A model generated the notes under the pieces. The model saw nothing but the letters and a program-made list of their open reading frames with translations, was not told where the DNA came from and did not search any database. DNA of 62,656 nucleotides, counting the filler, from Porpidia crustulata (Eukaryota): the NCBI GenBank assembly GCA_964255105.1. It is 8 parts of 8 records of this genome, joined end to end, with 100 filler letters (N's around TTAATTAATTAA, not from the genome) between each part and the next. Parts side by side here need not be neighbours in the genome. Positions count along the whole stretch, not along the records: positions 1 to 7,759 come from CAXUWE010001239.1; positions 7,860 to 15,614 come from CAXUWE010001240.1; 6 more parts are not named here. One strand, written 5' to 3'. Below are positions 1 through 12,069 of the stretch, piece by piece. The position numbers and the translations under genes are program-made. Each line of letters begins with the position of its first letter. The stretch's first letter is position 1.

Positions 1-2780
1 CTTCAAAAAAGAACCCAAATAACTCAACCATCACATCAAAGCCCTCAAACCCACCCCAGCCAAACCAACATCTGCGACGAACGCCCGCAGCGTGGTCAAA
101 GTGCAATGAGGGTGACAGCGCCTCCGGATCTCTAAGTCTTTTGGCTGCTTGCTGTTGGTGTTGTGTGGGAATGCTAAGTGGGGCAAGAAAGGAGGAGGGT
201 AGGTGTTGGGCTTTGTTTGGATTTGTTGGTCTCAACGGCGTCCCTGTCGGTCGCCGCGGTACCGCCAGCATTTATCAACCCTCAGGATAAATCTCTTTGT
301 TCTCGTTGCCGTTTAGATACAGTATTCTTTCCACGGATGACATCACCCCAGCTACTGCTTTCCCAGCTTTCAATACTCGAACAGCTTCAGATATCCTAAC
401 CGTCATTCTCGTCAATAACACTTCCGTCCACGCACTTAAAGCAATATCGAAGGACGCGCTGACTAGGATGTCGAGAGTTCCGGAGGTAGAGGTATGCTGA
501 TCTGAGTACTGGGCTCTTGAAAGTTTTGGTTGGAGATGTTAAGGAAGGAACTGCTGGAGAGTATTTCGGGAATGGAAAGGGGATATGGTAGGGGGGATGT
601 GGAGGATATTACGGATGGTCTTATGCTTCTGATAGCGTGGGATAAAATGAAATTCTGATAGAGCGTTGAAGAGGGTATGGGAAGCGCGGAGGAGATGGAG
701 TGAAGGGCCTTCCTTGTTGGAGATGTTCGAGGAGCCATTAAGAAGGGCGTTCGCGAGGGGGCTGTGTGATGGCGGTGATTGCGCTGGAGGTATGAAGTTG
801 GATGTTGGGTTTCTCGATAAGTTTTGGTCAGACCACACAAAATGGTAGCTTTTTTGAAAGATTGTTTAGTCTTGAGTCGGTAGTGATTCCCATGAACCTT
901 ACCTTTCCTACGGCGTCTCACGTCTTCAACGCTAGCTTCGATATCCTCGCCTTCGATAGTTAACTAGTGCGTCATATCTAACCATCGAGCTAAATTGTCA
1001 TCGCAGAGCCAAAGTGTCTGTGGATATGAAATAGCGAGCTGATTGATCTGGTTATACTGTCATGTGGCAAAATTGATGTATTGCTACGTAGAGATTTGGA
1101 CATCTCTCATTTTCTTTCCGTGAGTTGTGGCACTGCAAGGCTATCCATGGCGTTGAAGCTATTGTAACAACGTGAGAATATGGATGGAGATTTGGATAGA
1201 GCTTTCATCTAGGGCGATAATCGGGGCGCTATTCATGGTAAAGTCTAGAGCACTGGAGTATCTGGTGTGTAGCTTTCATTTCGCTCATTCAACGCAGTCT
1301 CAAAAATCCTCATAGGATGTCGAAGGGTTTGAGAAGGAAATTGGAAGGACGTCAAGGATTCTAAATCATCGGAAAAACACTGTGAATGAGCCCGAGGGCG
1401 AAGACTAGGATGTTCGAGGTGTTCAACACGTTGACCAAGGCGTAGAATCTCGAAGAGGGCGTGGAGGAAGACTTCGAACTCCTGGTGGAGTTTTAGTCAG
1501 AATCTGACCCAAGCGATCGTTATATCAAGAGCAGCGAAAATCGCAAGCGTCCCTTCCCACCTTACCACTAGTACCACCGTCAAAATCCCCACATTTCGTC
1601 TCCTGCAGGCACTGACGGCGTCAACGACTTCCGCAGCTCTCGCAGTCCTTGACACCCCTGGCGATCTCTGACCAATCTTCCAAGCATGCGTGAGGAGATG
1701 CCAAAATGGAGAAGGCGCTGAGGGCGTTGGGGGTGTTCGGAGGCATTTCGAATGGCGGCGATGGCATTGCAAGCGGTGACAGCGGTCCTGAATAATTTTG
1801 AGTTAGTCGTAGACTTTGAAAACTATATGAATCACTGCCGCCTTGTGCTCCACGTTGCTGCTTCTGATGCTTTTGCCGCCACAGTTCTCAAAGCTCTTCA
1901 TAATGTTCTCGGCATTTCATAGAGCGACAAAGGCGACAATGAAGAACGTCTGCGCCCTGGGAAGAGTGAGAAAGTTGAGGGGAGCGTACGTTGAGTGGAA
2001 CGTTTTAAAGAGCAGACGATGAGAGGTGTATCATCCGGTGTGTTTAGTGTCCGTAGCACCCTGCTCAAACCCGGCATTATTCTCACTTTCATTTTGGCTT
2101 CGTGAACAGTTAAACTGGCAGTGGGAACGCCAGGGGTAAGGTCGCGATGAAAAGTTCCGCGGAAGGCGACGGATCATACTTATAAGCAGATCAGTGATAT
2201 GTATTGAACGTGATGAGCATCAGAAGTCCTGCTGAGAAACGAGAAAAGCCGTGAAGCTGAAGAGTTGATGAAAACAAGAAGATGAGAATGAGATTTAGCA
2301 CGCTTGGACTGTAAGCGATTGATACGTTCGAGCATCGTGTTAGCAAAAGGGCTGGAAGTTGGATGAGAGAGATGAAAGCTGTGTCGGTGAAGACTACCAG
2401 CGAGCATGTGTAACCTCCCTTCCTCACACTTGTTCTGCCCTGCGTTTAATCTTTTCTTCATACTCGACGCAGCCAACTCACCCAATGTCCCAAAACACGC
2501 GCAACTCAATCGAAGCCATCGTAACCCTGGAGGTGGAATATTTGGAGCACAAAAAGTCCATGGCTTACAAGTCTCAGCCTTGGTGAATCCGCTGATGAAG
2601 GACAGGAGGGATTCCAAGAGTTGGATGATTGATGTGGGATGGAGGAACGAATAGGGTTAGCGGGGCGAAAACGCGAGAAAATGTATCCATAAAAGCCATA
2701 TGCACCACCTCGCTTAGTCCCGTATGCTTCCTCTCCCTCCACTTTGTTCTCAAGCTTAACCTATACAAACCCCTTAGTAC

Positions 2781-3544
2781 TCACTCAACTTTGCTCTCAA
2801 AATCTCTCCCTTCCACCAAATCCGGGATATCATCATCATCGTCCTCGCCCTCTTCCTCTTTACCCCCGCCACCACCTCCGCCCTCTTTCTTCTGCAGGCT
2901 CTGATAGCTCTCTGCTAGTTTACGCAAGCTTGCCAGGCTGTCGGGACCGAGCTGATTGAGGATCCCTGGGACGAGTTCGGTGAGTTCTTTGTCTTCGCCG
3001 GCGCCGTAGATGGCGAAGGTGTTGGAGGGGACGGAGGCATGGACTATGTATCATAGATCAGCAGATGAAAATTTGGGGCTTCGGTGTTGGGAGGCGGTCA
3101 GGATATGCTAGATGGGTAGAAGGGGCATACCTTTAGGAGCAGCGAAGTGAATTACGTTTCCATCTTCCTTGAACATGTTTACTTCTTCAATGGCCTGGAT
3201 AGGCTGAACATTGAGTTTCTTGAGCGAGGTCTGGAGTTTTTTGTCGTCGGTGCCGGAGGTCTTGTGGACTTTTTTCATCTTTCGGCGGGGAGTACCTTTA
3301 CCGCTGATGTTGATTAGCTTGAGAGGGAAGAAAACGATAGGAGGCTTTAAGATATGATTTGGGCGCGCGGATCTAGCTGGCGTGGTAGAGGGATTTGCTT
3401 ACCCTATATTCGCATTTGATTATTAGCAATGAACATGGGAAGAGTAGCTGCAGAGATTGCATAGAGGATGGAAAGAGAGTTGCCGAGCATTGACTCACCA
3501 ATTCGTACCGACTGCTGCATCTTGGCTAGCTTTGCTTGATCCAT
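2781..3544 (-). CDS. EGD1: Nascent polypeptide-associated complex beta subunit (BTF3/Egd1); exons 3544-3499, 3403 (1 nt), 3303-3131, 3043-2781
   Basis: Manual splicing gives [30 protein letters not shown]...[41 protein letters not shown]...[25 protein letters not shown]...[16 protein letters not shown]. Total 483 nt, canonical GT-AG introns with CTAAT/CTGAT branch sites. Confidence 0.96.
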
Positions 3545-4113
3545 AATTGCGGAGGATTGATATAGAGTTGTCAGTGTAAATATAGTCTTTCAAGAACGGG
3601 CGGTGGGACCCGGAGGTATATGTGTCGGCCGCTGGGAATTGAAGCTTATTTCGATAAGCTGAGAAACAGTAGATTAGGAATTAGAAATAGAACACAACTC
3701 ACGGCGTACTCAGGTACTCAAGCACAAACGTCTGTGGTATGGTGCTTTGGTCCGGGTCCGAAGTTCGTGCAAGGCTAAGCGAGGGTTGGGGAAAAGCTAC
3801 GACCGTTGTTCCCGTTATCAGCCTCCTCGAATCGTCGTGGTTGACGTTTGACATAGGAAGCATATAAATACATGCTTGATGTAGGTAGAGTGATAATTTT
3901 AAATGCCCGTCCAATCATACTAATATCAGTGTAATTTGCAAAAGCTTCCCCATCCCCTCAAATAAAATACAAATATAGATAGTTCCGCCATGAGGTATCA
4001 TTGCTCTGGCTAGAATCGCAAATGCTCCAACGCCTTTTTGTGCTCGCCTCTCCTTTGTATCAAACACTCTGCAAATATTAGAATGGCTTGGTTTGTAGCG
4101 CTTGATTTTCTCT

Positions 4114-6235
4114 TTATTCCTGTTCCTGCTTGATGATACCGGCTCTCAATCGTGCTCTCTTAACCTCAAGAGCTAGTACATCGTTGTCTGACTCGCCAAG
4201 GTCCAATGCCAACCTTTTCCGGGATGCAGGAACTGGTATTGCTGAGCCGGGAGTCACGTTATCCGTAACAATAGATGCCGCGGACGAGGGTTCTGACGTC
4301 CTTCGAGGGACTGCGGCTGTGCTGGGATACCGTATAGTTCGTTCACTCTCATCAGCCGTGATATTTGCGGCTTCGAGAAGTTGGGATCGTGCTTCATTGA
4401 AGCGAGTGTCCTGCTGCTCAGGGCCTGTCTGTAAACGCGGTAGATCACCGTTGGATCTATTCTGAGACTGGTTGCTAATGCTGGCAGCTGGTCGGGCCGG
4501 ATTCGTTGTGCTTTCGTATCCTACAGGCGCGATTGGCGATGTCTGGTTTGTCATATTGGCCACTCCAAATGTATTCCTCAAGTTTGGTAGAGGCCTAGAA
4601 TTCGACAGGCTGGAGTTGTTGGATAGTGCGACATTATTATTCTGCGAATTTCGCGCCGGAAGGGAGCGGCCGTTAGAGTTCCCCATACGTCGCTGCGTAC
4701 TACCTCGAGGTCTGCCCGCCTTTCTCCAACGAGTATGTTCGAACGTAGGTCCATCAACAGCACCTCTCTGCTTTTCCAACCCCTCTATAAACTTCCAGAT
4801 GCTGGCCCAACACTCCCTATTGACCCTTAACTCAGGGTGTATCTCCCTCATCTGTTTCCTCATAGCGAGGATATCACCTCTGAGCATTCCAAGTGGGCGC
4901 TCCATTTTCTGCGAGATCAAGCAGCACACTGCGATGAGCTCAACCGGCGCAAATGTTCTGACAGTCCTATAGCCGTTATCCTCAAATATGCTACGATCCA
5001 GTTCAACTAGCCCTCGGAAAGTTTCAAAGACGAATCGCAGATGTGACTTCGTCATCGCGTCCAATGACTGCGGGTTTGAGCATAAAGATTCGATAGATTT
5101 CATACTGTTCCTTAACCTCGGGACGCCGTTCGCTTGAATAGGATCGAGGCATTCATAGATTTGGGAGAAGCAGGCCAGGATTCCGCGGAACCCGGATGCA
5201 CGTTTCTGTTTGACCAGGTTGACCACATCCGCAAAATCCTTCTCGTACAGCTTGGCGAATTGCTGCCAGCTGCCCTGGGTCGCCCGAAACGCCTCTGCTG
5301 AGGTGAGTGGTTTTCCGAGCTGGACTCTTTGGAAGAGCTCTATCTCTTGTGTCTCTGTGAGACCTCTGTATTCCGTGCATAGAATCTCGATCCTCATAAA
5401 AGCTTCTCGCGCACCATCTGACAATACCTTTCTTTTGTGTCGTTTTATAGGGATACCATTTTCGTCTATTTCTTGGACATCACAGAAGTACCTAGGATAC
5501 AGCTGAGCATCGTGCAATAGTACCATCGAAGTTTCAGAAGCTCTAAAAACTTACCAGAGCTTTTTGTCAATCACAAGTGGAAATTTTCCATTCAAAAAGT
5601 CCCTTATCGACGTCAATCTCTATTATGGTATTAGCCCCATTTCCAAACCAAGGCACCCGACATCATGCTTTACCTGCTTCCCATCCACGCACGTCCGCTT
5701 AAATCTCATGTTTCCATGCTGATCTTTCGTTTCCGTAACATTGAAGATGACCTTTAGGATATTAGCTTAATGAGGTGGCTTCGACATAATTCGTCCGTGG
5801 CTATTCGAAGCATACTGGAGGAATATAATAACCATTTCTCATCGAATCAATCAGCAACCTCATGGCCTTTCTTGACCACACCACACCTCTCTGGTAATGA
5901 GGCGCCAGATCAAGATAGGGACCATTCATCAAATCTGCAATGAATTAGCATCACTTTATTAATTTTGCTTCTCAAAGGGAATCAAGACCAATAAGTTGCG
6001 AGAGCTTTCGCTTGGCAAAGTCATAAGGAGGCATGCGAGGAACATGGTTGAATGGATCTTGAGAAACTTCTTTCTCTTCATTGTCATATTCATCTTCCTC
6101 CTCCGATTCACCAGAATAGGCTTCATCCACTGAGGCTTCATTGACTCCATTTACCCGTGATTCCAAATTAGGGTTGGCCCAAGTTTTATGGACCGAAGGT
6201 GACGCTTTCTGTTGAGCTTTCTGATTTAGAGGCAT
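4114..6235 (-). CDS. DUF262 (GmrSD N-terminal / ParB-Srx-like) domain protein with disordered C-terminus, about 5 exons
   Basis: Spliced exons upstream of the 470-aa ORF give LDLAPHYQRGVVWS...LLIDSMRNGYYIPP|VIFN...CVDGKQ|RLTSIRDFL, followed by ELFQRVQLGKPLT. These are the QR..VW, DGxQRLT and F.R.N/Q.G..L motifs of DUF262. The start codon and first donor are less certain. Confidence 0.8.
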
Positions 6236-7310
6236 CTTGAATCCTTCAGATTTCCTAATGTACTGTTGGATTAGTCTGAGAATTGACGAGCATGGCACAT
6301 GAAACGAAAGAAACCTCCAAGAAATACTTCAAAAATGGAAAAGACATCTTATGAGAATGAGAACAGAAAAAACCAAACATTTGTAACCTACCGCTAAAAG
6401 TGAAACATGCTTTCTTTCTTTGTCAAGTGTTTAATTTATGTACTTAGTAAAACTATTTCCTTTCAGCATGATTTCTTTTCTTGTCGAGTCGTGACATTAT
6501 TGTCGTATTCGTCGCGATTTAATCACTTACTCAAGATAATTTACATACTATTTTACATAAAGTTTGCTCACATAACCTATGCGAATATTCGAGAAAACAA
6601 GAAACTCAAGTAGAAAATTTAATAAATTCCTCGTGTCACATGATTTAATTGGCAGATTTAAATTAAACCTTGATCTTGATTGTTTATCTCTGGTTTGTCG
6701 AGTCCGCAATTGAAAATTTCAATAGCCCGCGGTCTAGAACATTGTGCATGCGAGATTCTACCAATCATATTTCGATATATACTTGTGACACTTTCTTCTA
6801 CCAAATGCTGCTGTGTGACGTGTAGCCATCGACGAGCGAGTTTTGACGATTTTGTGGGAAGTATTTGGGCGAAATGGTTGGTAAAGGACTGAACACTCCT
6901 AAAGACAAAGGAAGTCGATTACTTTGCGATAGGCGTACTCGCCGTTCCATCTAGAGAATAAAGTTGGTTCAAGATCATAGCCTCACAAGTCACCCCAAGC
7001 ATCAATGCCAAGCTGGATTCTAGCAGCGATTCATGCTTGGGCAGCCTAGGCAGAGAGAACAGCGTCGCTATATGCATGGTCCGGTACTTCTTTGTGTATC
7101 TACTGTTAGTAAGAATTAGAATCAGATTTAAACTTTGCATGGGATTCTCACCTTCGGTTCTGCATCTTTCAAGTCTCCCGCATAGGCACGTGAGCCGGTA
7201 CCAAAATAATTTTTAGTCATCCAGCGCCTCGACTTCCCTCTTGATCTCTAGCGTTCCTGGTACGTTCCTCCTTCAATGGTGGTCCTTTGAAGGCGTCGAG
7301 TGACAGCGTC

Positions 7311-7759
7311 TCACAGACCCTCGTCATGGACCTCTTCCATATGCACCCTCCTTAATTCTCTTGAGAACCTCGCCTCTTCTTCTTCCAGATCCCCTCCTCT
7401 CACATGGCTTCCATCAACAAGTGGTGCGGCATCAACTAATATACCGCTTCCATGTGTATTCTGCAATTTAGTAGCTTTTGCACCGTATCCCTCGTCCTCC
7501 AGTCTCTCCACCTCTTCCTCCTCTAGTAAACGACCGTGACCCTTCGTAGCAGCAATTTTGTGCGCAACTGCTGTAGGAATGAAGCGAGAGACCGCCTCTT
7601 TGCGGAGATCGCGCACCATAGGCTTAGATTCATACACAGTCTTCACTACCGGCTGCACTTCTGGTTTAGGAGGGAGCTCGTGCTCCTTCATACCGCTTCG
7701 TTCCCCGCCCCCTCTTCCTTCCCCTAGCGGTTCTAGATTCGCGTTGCCATTGCTCCTAC
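7311..7759 (-). CDS. WW domain-binding protein 11 (Wbp11/Saf1-like) C-terminal part, 5' truncated by contig end
   Basis: KTVYESKPMVRDLRKEAVSRFIPTAV and the VHMEEV tail resemble fungal Wbp11 C-termini. Confidence 0.65.
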
Positions 7760-7859
7760 NNNNNNNNNNNNNNNNNNNNNNNNNNNNNNNNNNNNNNNNN
7801 NNNTTAATTAATTAANNNNNNNNNNNNNNNNNNNNNNNNNNNNNNNNNNNNNNNNNNNN
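7760..7859. other. Artificial contig linker (N44-TTAATTAATTAA-N44)
   Basis: 100-bp N spacer with a six-frame stop 12-mer, identical at 7 sites. Confidence 0.99.
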
Positions 7860-9126
7860 GAGCTTTACAGGGCCGAAAATTGTTCTTTTGCGTCTTCAGT
7901 GTTGGGGGTCTGGGATAAAGTTTTACCTGGTGCCAGCATACTGAGACCGACGTATGCTAGTGTGTTGTTGAGGGTCCAGCCTTCGTCGACGTCATCTTGA
8001 ATAGAGACGTATTGATCTCTGGCTTGGGAGCAAACGGTACCCAGGCCTCTGACAATCTTTTGGATTGTGTCTTCGTTGACAAAGTCTTCGAGCCTCAATC
8101 GATAAGGATTGCGGAATTCGAATTTGTTGTAGTTCGCTAATACACCTAGGAGCAGAAATGGCTTAAAGACAGATGCTTGGGTTTCAAGATCTTGAATGTT
8201 CTAAACCATTGATGTAAGCTTCAAATTGCTTTATTTGCGGGCTAGGGGAAACGACCAAGTCGAAAAGTAGGTCAGGTTTGTGAACAAGTAGAATCCCAAG
8301 TCTTTGAAAAAACTTGCAGAGTAAAAGCGCTTAAGTGTGACAAAAGAATTGAGCACACACACCTTCATTAAAGCTGGAAATAGATCTCGATGGGTAAAGT
8401 ACGAGACAAGGCTCGTTTGCCATGCCCCTGAAGTCAAAGATAGGGCCACTTCGATCGCCTGTTGGCGAACTTCAACTGCGGAGATATCAGTATCAAGACT
8501 CCCCTAGATGCTGTGAACAGACCTACGAGATCGCCCTGTTCGGACTGTATGCTCGATGACTCCCGCGAATTCGAAAAACACAGCATCCACTTTATCCAAT
8601 CCGGCAAGCACTGTGATGATATCGGCGCTCGGATTGGTGTATCTTTTGGCTAAGACGGCACCTAGAAAGACTGTCAAAGTCTGAATCTGTAAGTCTCAAA
8701 CATGGGAACGCATAGTAGACGCAATCAGCTTACATCGAGGGCTGCTTCATCTGTTGGGGCTTGTGCATTTTTTATCTGACTGACGGCACGAACAAATAAT
8801 TGTTGAGATTCGTGCTAAGCTTGATATCAACGATTTGGGTTATTCTGATCTTTTGGGGTCATGCGTACCTGCAGCTCCAGAAGATGGTCTGGGTGCAGTC
8901 CTTCGAGTTTTTGCTGTAGGGTAGGCTTGTCAGGTTTCAAGAGGAAGAATTCCTGCCAGAATCCCTCATACTCCACGATACTCTCATTATTCTATATGTC
9001 TCAGCCTCTGCCATTAGACTTGAATAATCAGGATACCCTCACCCTCAACAGATCGTCGTAGAGTTGAACGATCTTTGGCTGAAATGTCATGGGACGAGCT
9101 TGCTGGGTCAGCGGTGATGCTTCCAT
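7860..9126 (-). CDS. ARMH3 / UPF0668 (DUF1741) family protein, multi-exon, 3' truncated
   Basis: Spliced: MEASPLTQQARPMTFQPKIVQLYDDLL...GFWQEFFLLKPD...YTNPSADIITVLAGLD...SLVSYFTHRDLFPALMK...LLGVLANYNKFEFRNPYRLRLEDFVNE. Confidence 0.85.
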
Positions 9127-9698
9127 TCCCACGCTACAATACTTGTTCAATCAAAACATGATTAGCCTCAATCAATAAATGATCAATGTGAAACTAATAT
9201 TACTGTTACTAGACATGCTGTCTTCACGATGAATTAGGATATCTATCAGTACGGACACGACAGAATTGACGTCCTCGGCGCAAAATTATTTAATCGATAA
9301 TTTCCCGCTTCCTCTTCTCAACAATCGTGACGATAACCAGAACCTAAGTCTACTAACGGTATAATTGTAGCGACTGTACCTTTCATTTGGCCTCATACTT
9401 GCAACATCCTCACAGATATTGCTGCTTCAACGTGTCACATATTCAGGTCCGATGGGCTGATTGGTGTACTTCATTCGTCGCGTCTCATCATTGACCAGAC
9501 CCTACCCTCGTTCGACTAGGTAGAACTTTACGCGTGGATTAGAAAGGTCCTGAGAAACCCTTTCTTTCTCTTTTCAGCTGTCCGAGTCCATATGTATATG
9601 TATATGTCTTGCAGAATGGCTTCCCGAATGTCACATCGGTCTCTGTCTCGTTTCTCTCCTCGTCCATGGTCCTTTGCCCGTCCACACAAAATGACCTG

Positions 9699-10331
9699 CT
9701 AGGGTAATTTTCCAAGAGCTATATCTACCGCGCTCTCGGCACTCCAGATAAAAATGCCTATTGAATGTTCCACCCCTATGACCTCCCACCCCACAAACTC
9801 CTGCGGTTGTACACACGCATTCTATATCCTCACTGCGGCATCCCGGACATGTTCGAATGTTGACTTGTCTCTTCCAGGGTGCGGCCCTGGTGGTCCCCTC
9901 GGGAACGGTTGCGAATCTGGGAAGTCCTGAATCATAGCAATAACGAGCGTACAAGTACCAACGGTATAGCGGCGTGGAACGAAACATGGAGGCCGGGGTC
10001 TAACGAAGGGTGTTGTAAAAGGCGACACAAACTGGAACTCACGATGAAACTTTGCCGAGTCTTCACGAAGCTGAAGGTCAACGACGTCCTCGCAGTCCTT
10101 TACGGTAAATTTTGGGAAAATCCATGGGAGGTCATTCACGCAATGTGTGTGAAAAACAACTTCAGTACTTAGGGACGAATTTGAAATGAAGCCGAAGGGC
10201 TGCGAAGGCAAAGATGCCGGGGCGCTCGCAACGAGGGGAGCGAGGACGATAAGCAGTGCCACTAAATAGGAAGAGTAGCGGAACTTTGCAGGTGTGGAAG
10301 GTATCGGTATTCCAATTCTAGGATTTGACAT
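9699..10331 (-). pseudogene. Small secreted Cys-containing protein with an in-frame premature TAG at 9822-9824
   Basis: Hydrophobic signal segment (YLVALLIVLAPLVASA). After TAG the same frame continues 40 codons (NACVQPQEFVGWEVIG..IGIFIWS..) to TAG at 9699. Confidence 0.6.
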
Positions 10332-11450
10332 TATGACGCTATCCTCATAAGGGTGTTCTGCTGGAGATAGGAGTGATAGGAAAGTTGAGGGAACTTTCGA
10401 AATCTAAAACAATGCCGTCTAAGGCGATCGGCTGCATGCTTTCCCCAGAAAACGCGAGCCTGGGATATTGTCGGCACTATCGTGGGCGCAAGTAAGGTCG
10501 GTAGAGCACCAAGCAATCGGCCGTGGTTGTGAGTAACGAGAACATCTGCCCGATGAAGTGGTGTCTCACAGCGTGTATTTGTTTGCGGACTAGCACCATC
10601 GCCAGTCGAGCCGTTATACAGATTGCTCGGAAACATGGATGTGGAGTTCTACAATGTTTCAAGCTGCAGCATTATCGCTGTATTAAAAGTCTGGTCCCGA
10701 ATTTTCTCACATTCTCAGCATCATTCAGATCTCTTTCAGCTTCATCTCTAACGCTATCCAGATTTCAGTCTTGTACGAACGTAAATCTAGTTAACTAAAT
10801 TGTCTTTTAATCGTGTCGTTCGTAAAAGAGCGACTTTGAAATCTCTGCTTCGTCTACGAACGCAGAGCTGCAACGGGCGCGGAGCGTGGGTTGTTAAAAG
10901 GCTTGGGTTTCGTTTCCGGATGTTTCAGAGCAATTATACTAATGCGTCCCCTCGCCCTTGATAAAGTGCCTGATCGCCCTGGAACGAGAAGGGCGAGGCG
11001 AGACTTTGAGGGTGCGGCGTGAGCATGATGAGGTGAATTAGATGGAAAAAGAGAGCTTAAACGTGAGATGTGGTAAAAAAGGATTGACAGGATTTTTGTG
11101 TACGACACGAGCTACTGTCTCTGATTATTGACATTGCTCTGTTCTTGCTTTTTTAAATGTTATGATTTTGATTCCTGCTTTCTAGGTGATCCCATGCTGA
11201 CAGTCGACCCAAATCAGATTGCCATACCTGGACACGCTCCCACATGGCTATGGCTGCGGTCTTCGCCAACCAGATTCTCGGCCTAATGACGGATGGTAAC
11301 AAGAGCCGAGAGATGACAAATACAAGAGAGTGCCGCAGACCTCTGGCCCAGTGTCCATTCACCCTGTTCTTCATGTTACAAATACTGTATAAATCGCATA
11401 TCAAATCTTTCAAAGTGCTATCACGACATTTTGTTGGCAGTGCTGGCAAA

Positions 11451-11943
11451 ATGACCATCACACATATTGTATTGTTCAAGGTGCACAACATGCTTTTTTG
11501 ATCATCCCATCTTTAAATATTGAATTGATCTTTTTGGTAGTTTAAACAGGACCCGGAACAACCCGCTGTCAAAGAGGTACCCGGATGGCCAGCCGCTCCA
11601 AAGTACCCAGGTATTGACGTATAACAGGCCTATTCGCGCTTTCTCTCCCTCAAGTCTGCATGCGTCCACCCGGATAGTCAGAAACCCTATATCAAATCCA
11701 TTATTGGAGGTAAAAATAGTAGTCCTGAGCACGATGTCAGAGCTCCTTCACCTTATCCATGGAACGGGAGTGAGCTGATATATGTTGAAGGACTATTCAC
11801 ACGGCTTTGTAGTGGAGTTTGATGACACGGCGGACAGGGATTATTATATACGCGATGACCCGGCTCATCTGGCGTTCAAGAAGAGCTTAGTTGGATTGAT
11901 TGACAAGCCTGTTATTGTAGACTTCGAGGAGGGGGTCATTTAG
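11451..11943 (+). CDS. Stress-responsive A/B barrel (Dabb) protein, 4 exons
   Basis: Spliced: MTITHIVLFK|FK...|AYSRFLSLKSACVHPDSQKPYIKSIIGGKNSSPE..|.YSHGFVVEFDDTADRDYYIRDDPAHLAFKKSL...VDFEEGVI*. Missed by the ORF track because the exons are short. Confidence 0.88.
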
Positions 11944-12069
11944 AATAGTTCGCAGAGTGGCGGGATTGGTGCCCATTACCTAGGATGGGAATCATGATTC
12001 TTCATCTTAGCTGATGTCGTCTAGATGCTATTTGGGAATGCTGAGATCTAATTCTAGTCGACGGTATTT

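Noticed and set aside
297..848. Short plus-strand ORFs that may be pieces of one degenerate gene
   Set aside because: Multiple stops and no motif I can identify with confidence.
1246..2180. Minus-strand fragments with faint protein-like (possibly RRM-like) character
   Set aside because: Could not build a consistent spliced frame or a recognisable motif.
2210..2236. TGATGA...CTGA box C/D-like pair
   Set aside because: Only about 25 nt apart, with no terminal stem or recognisable rRNA guide. Too short for a snoRNA.
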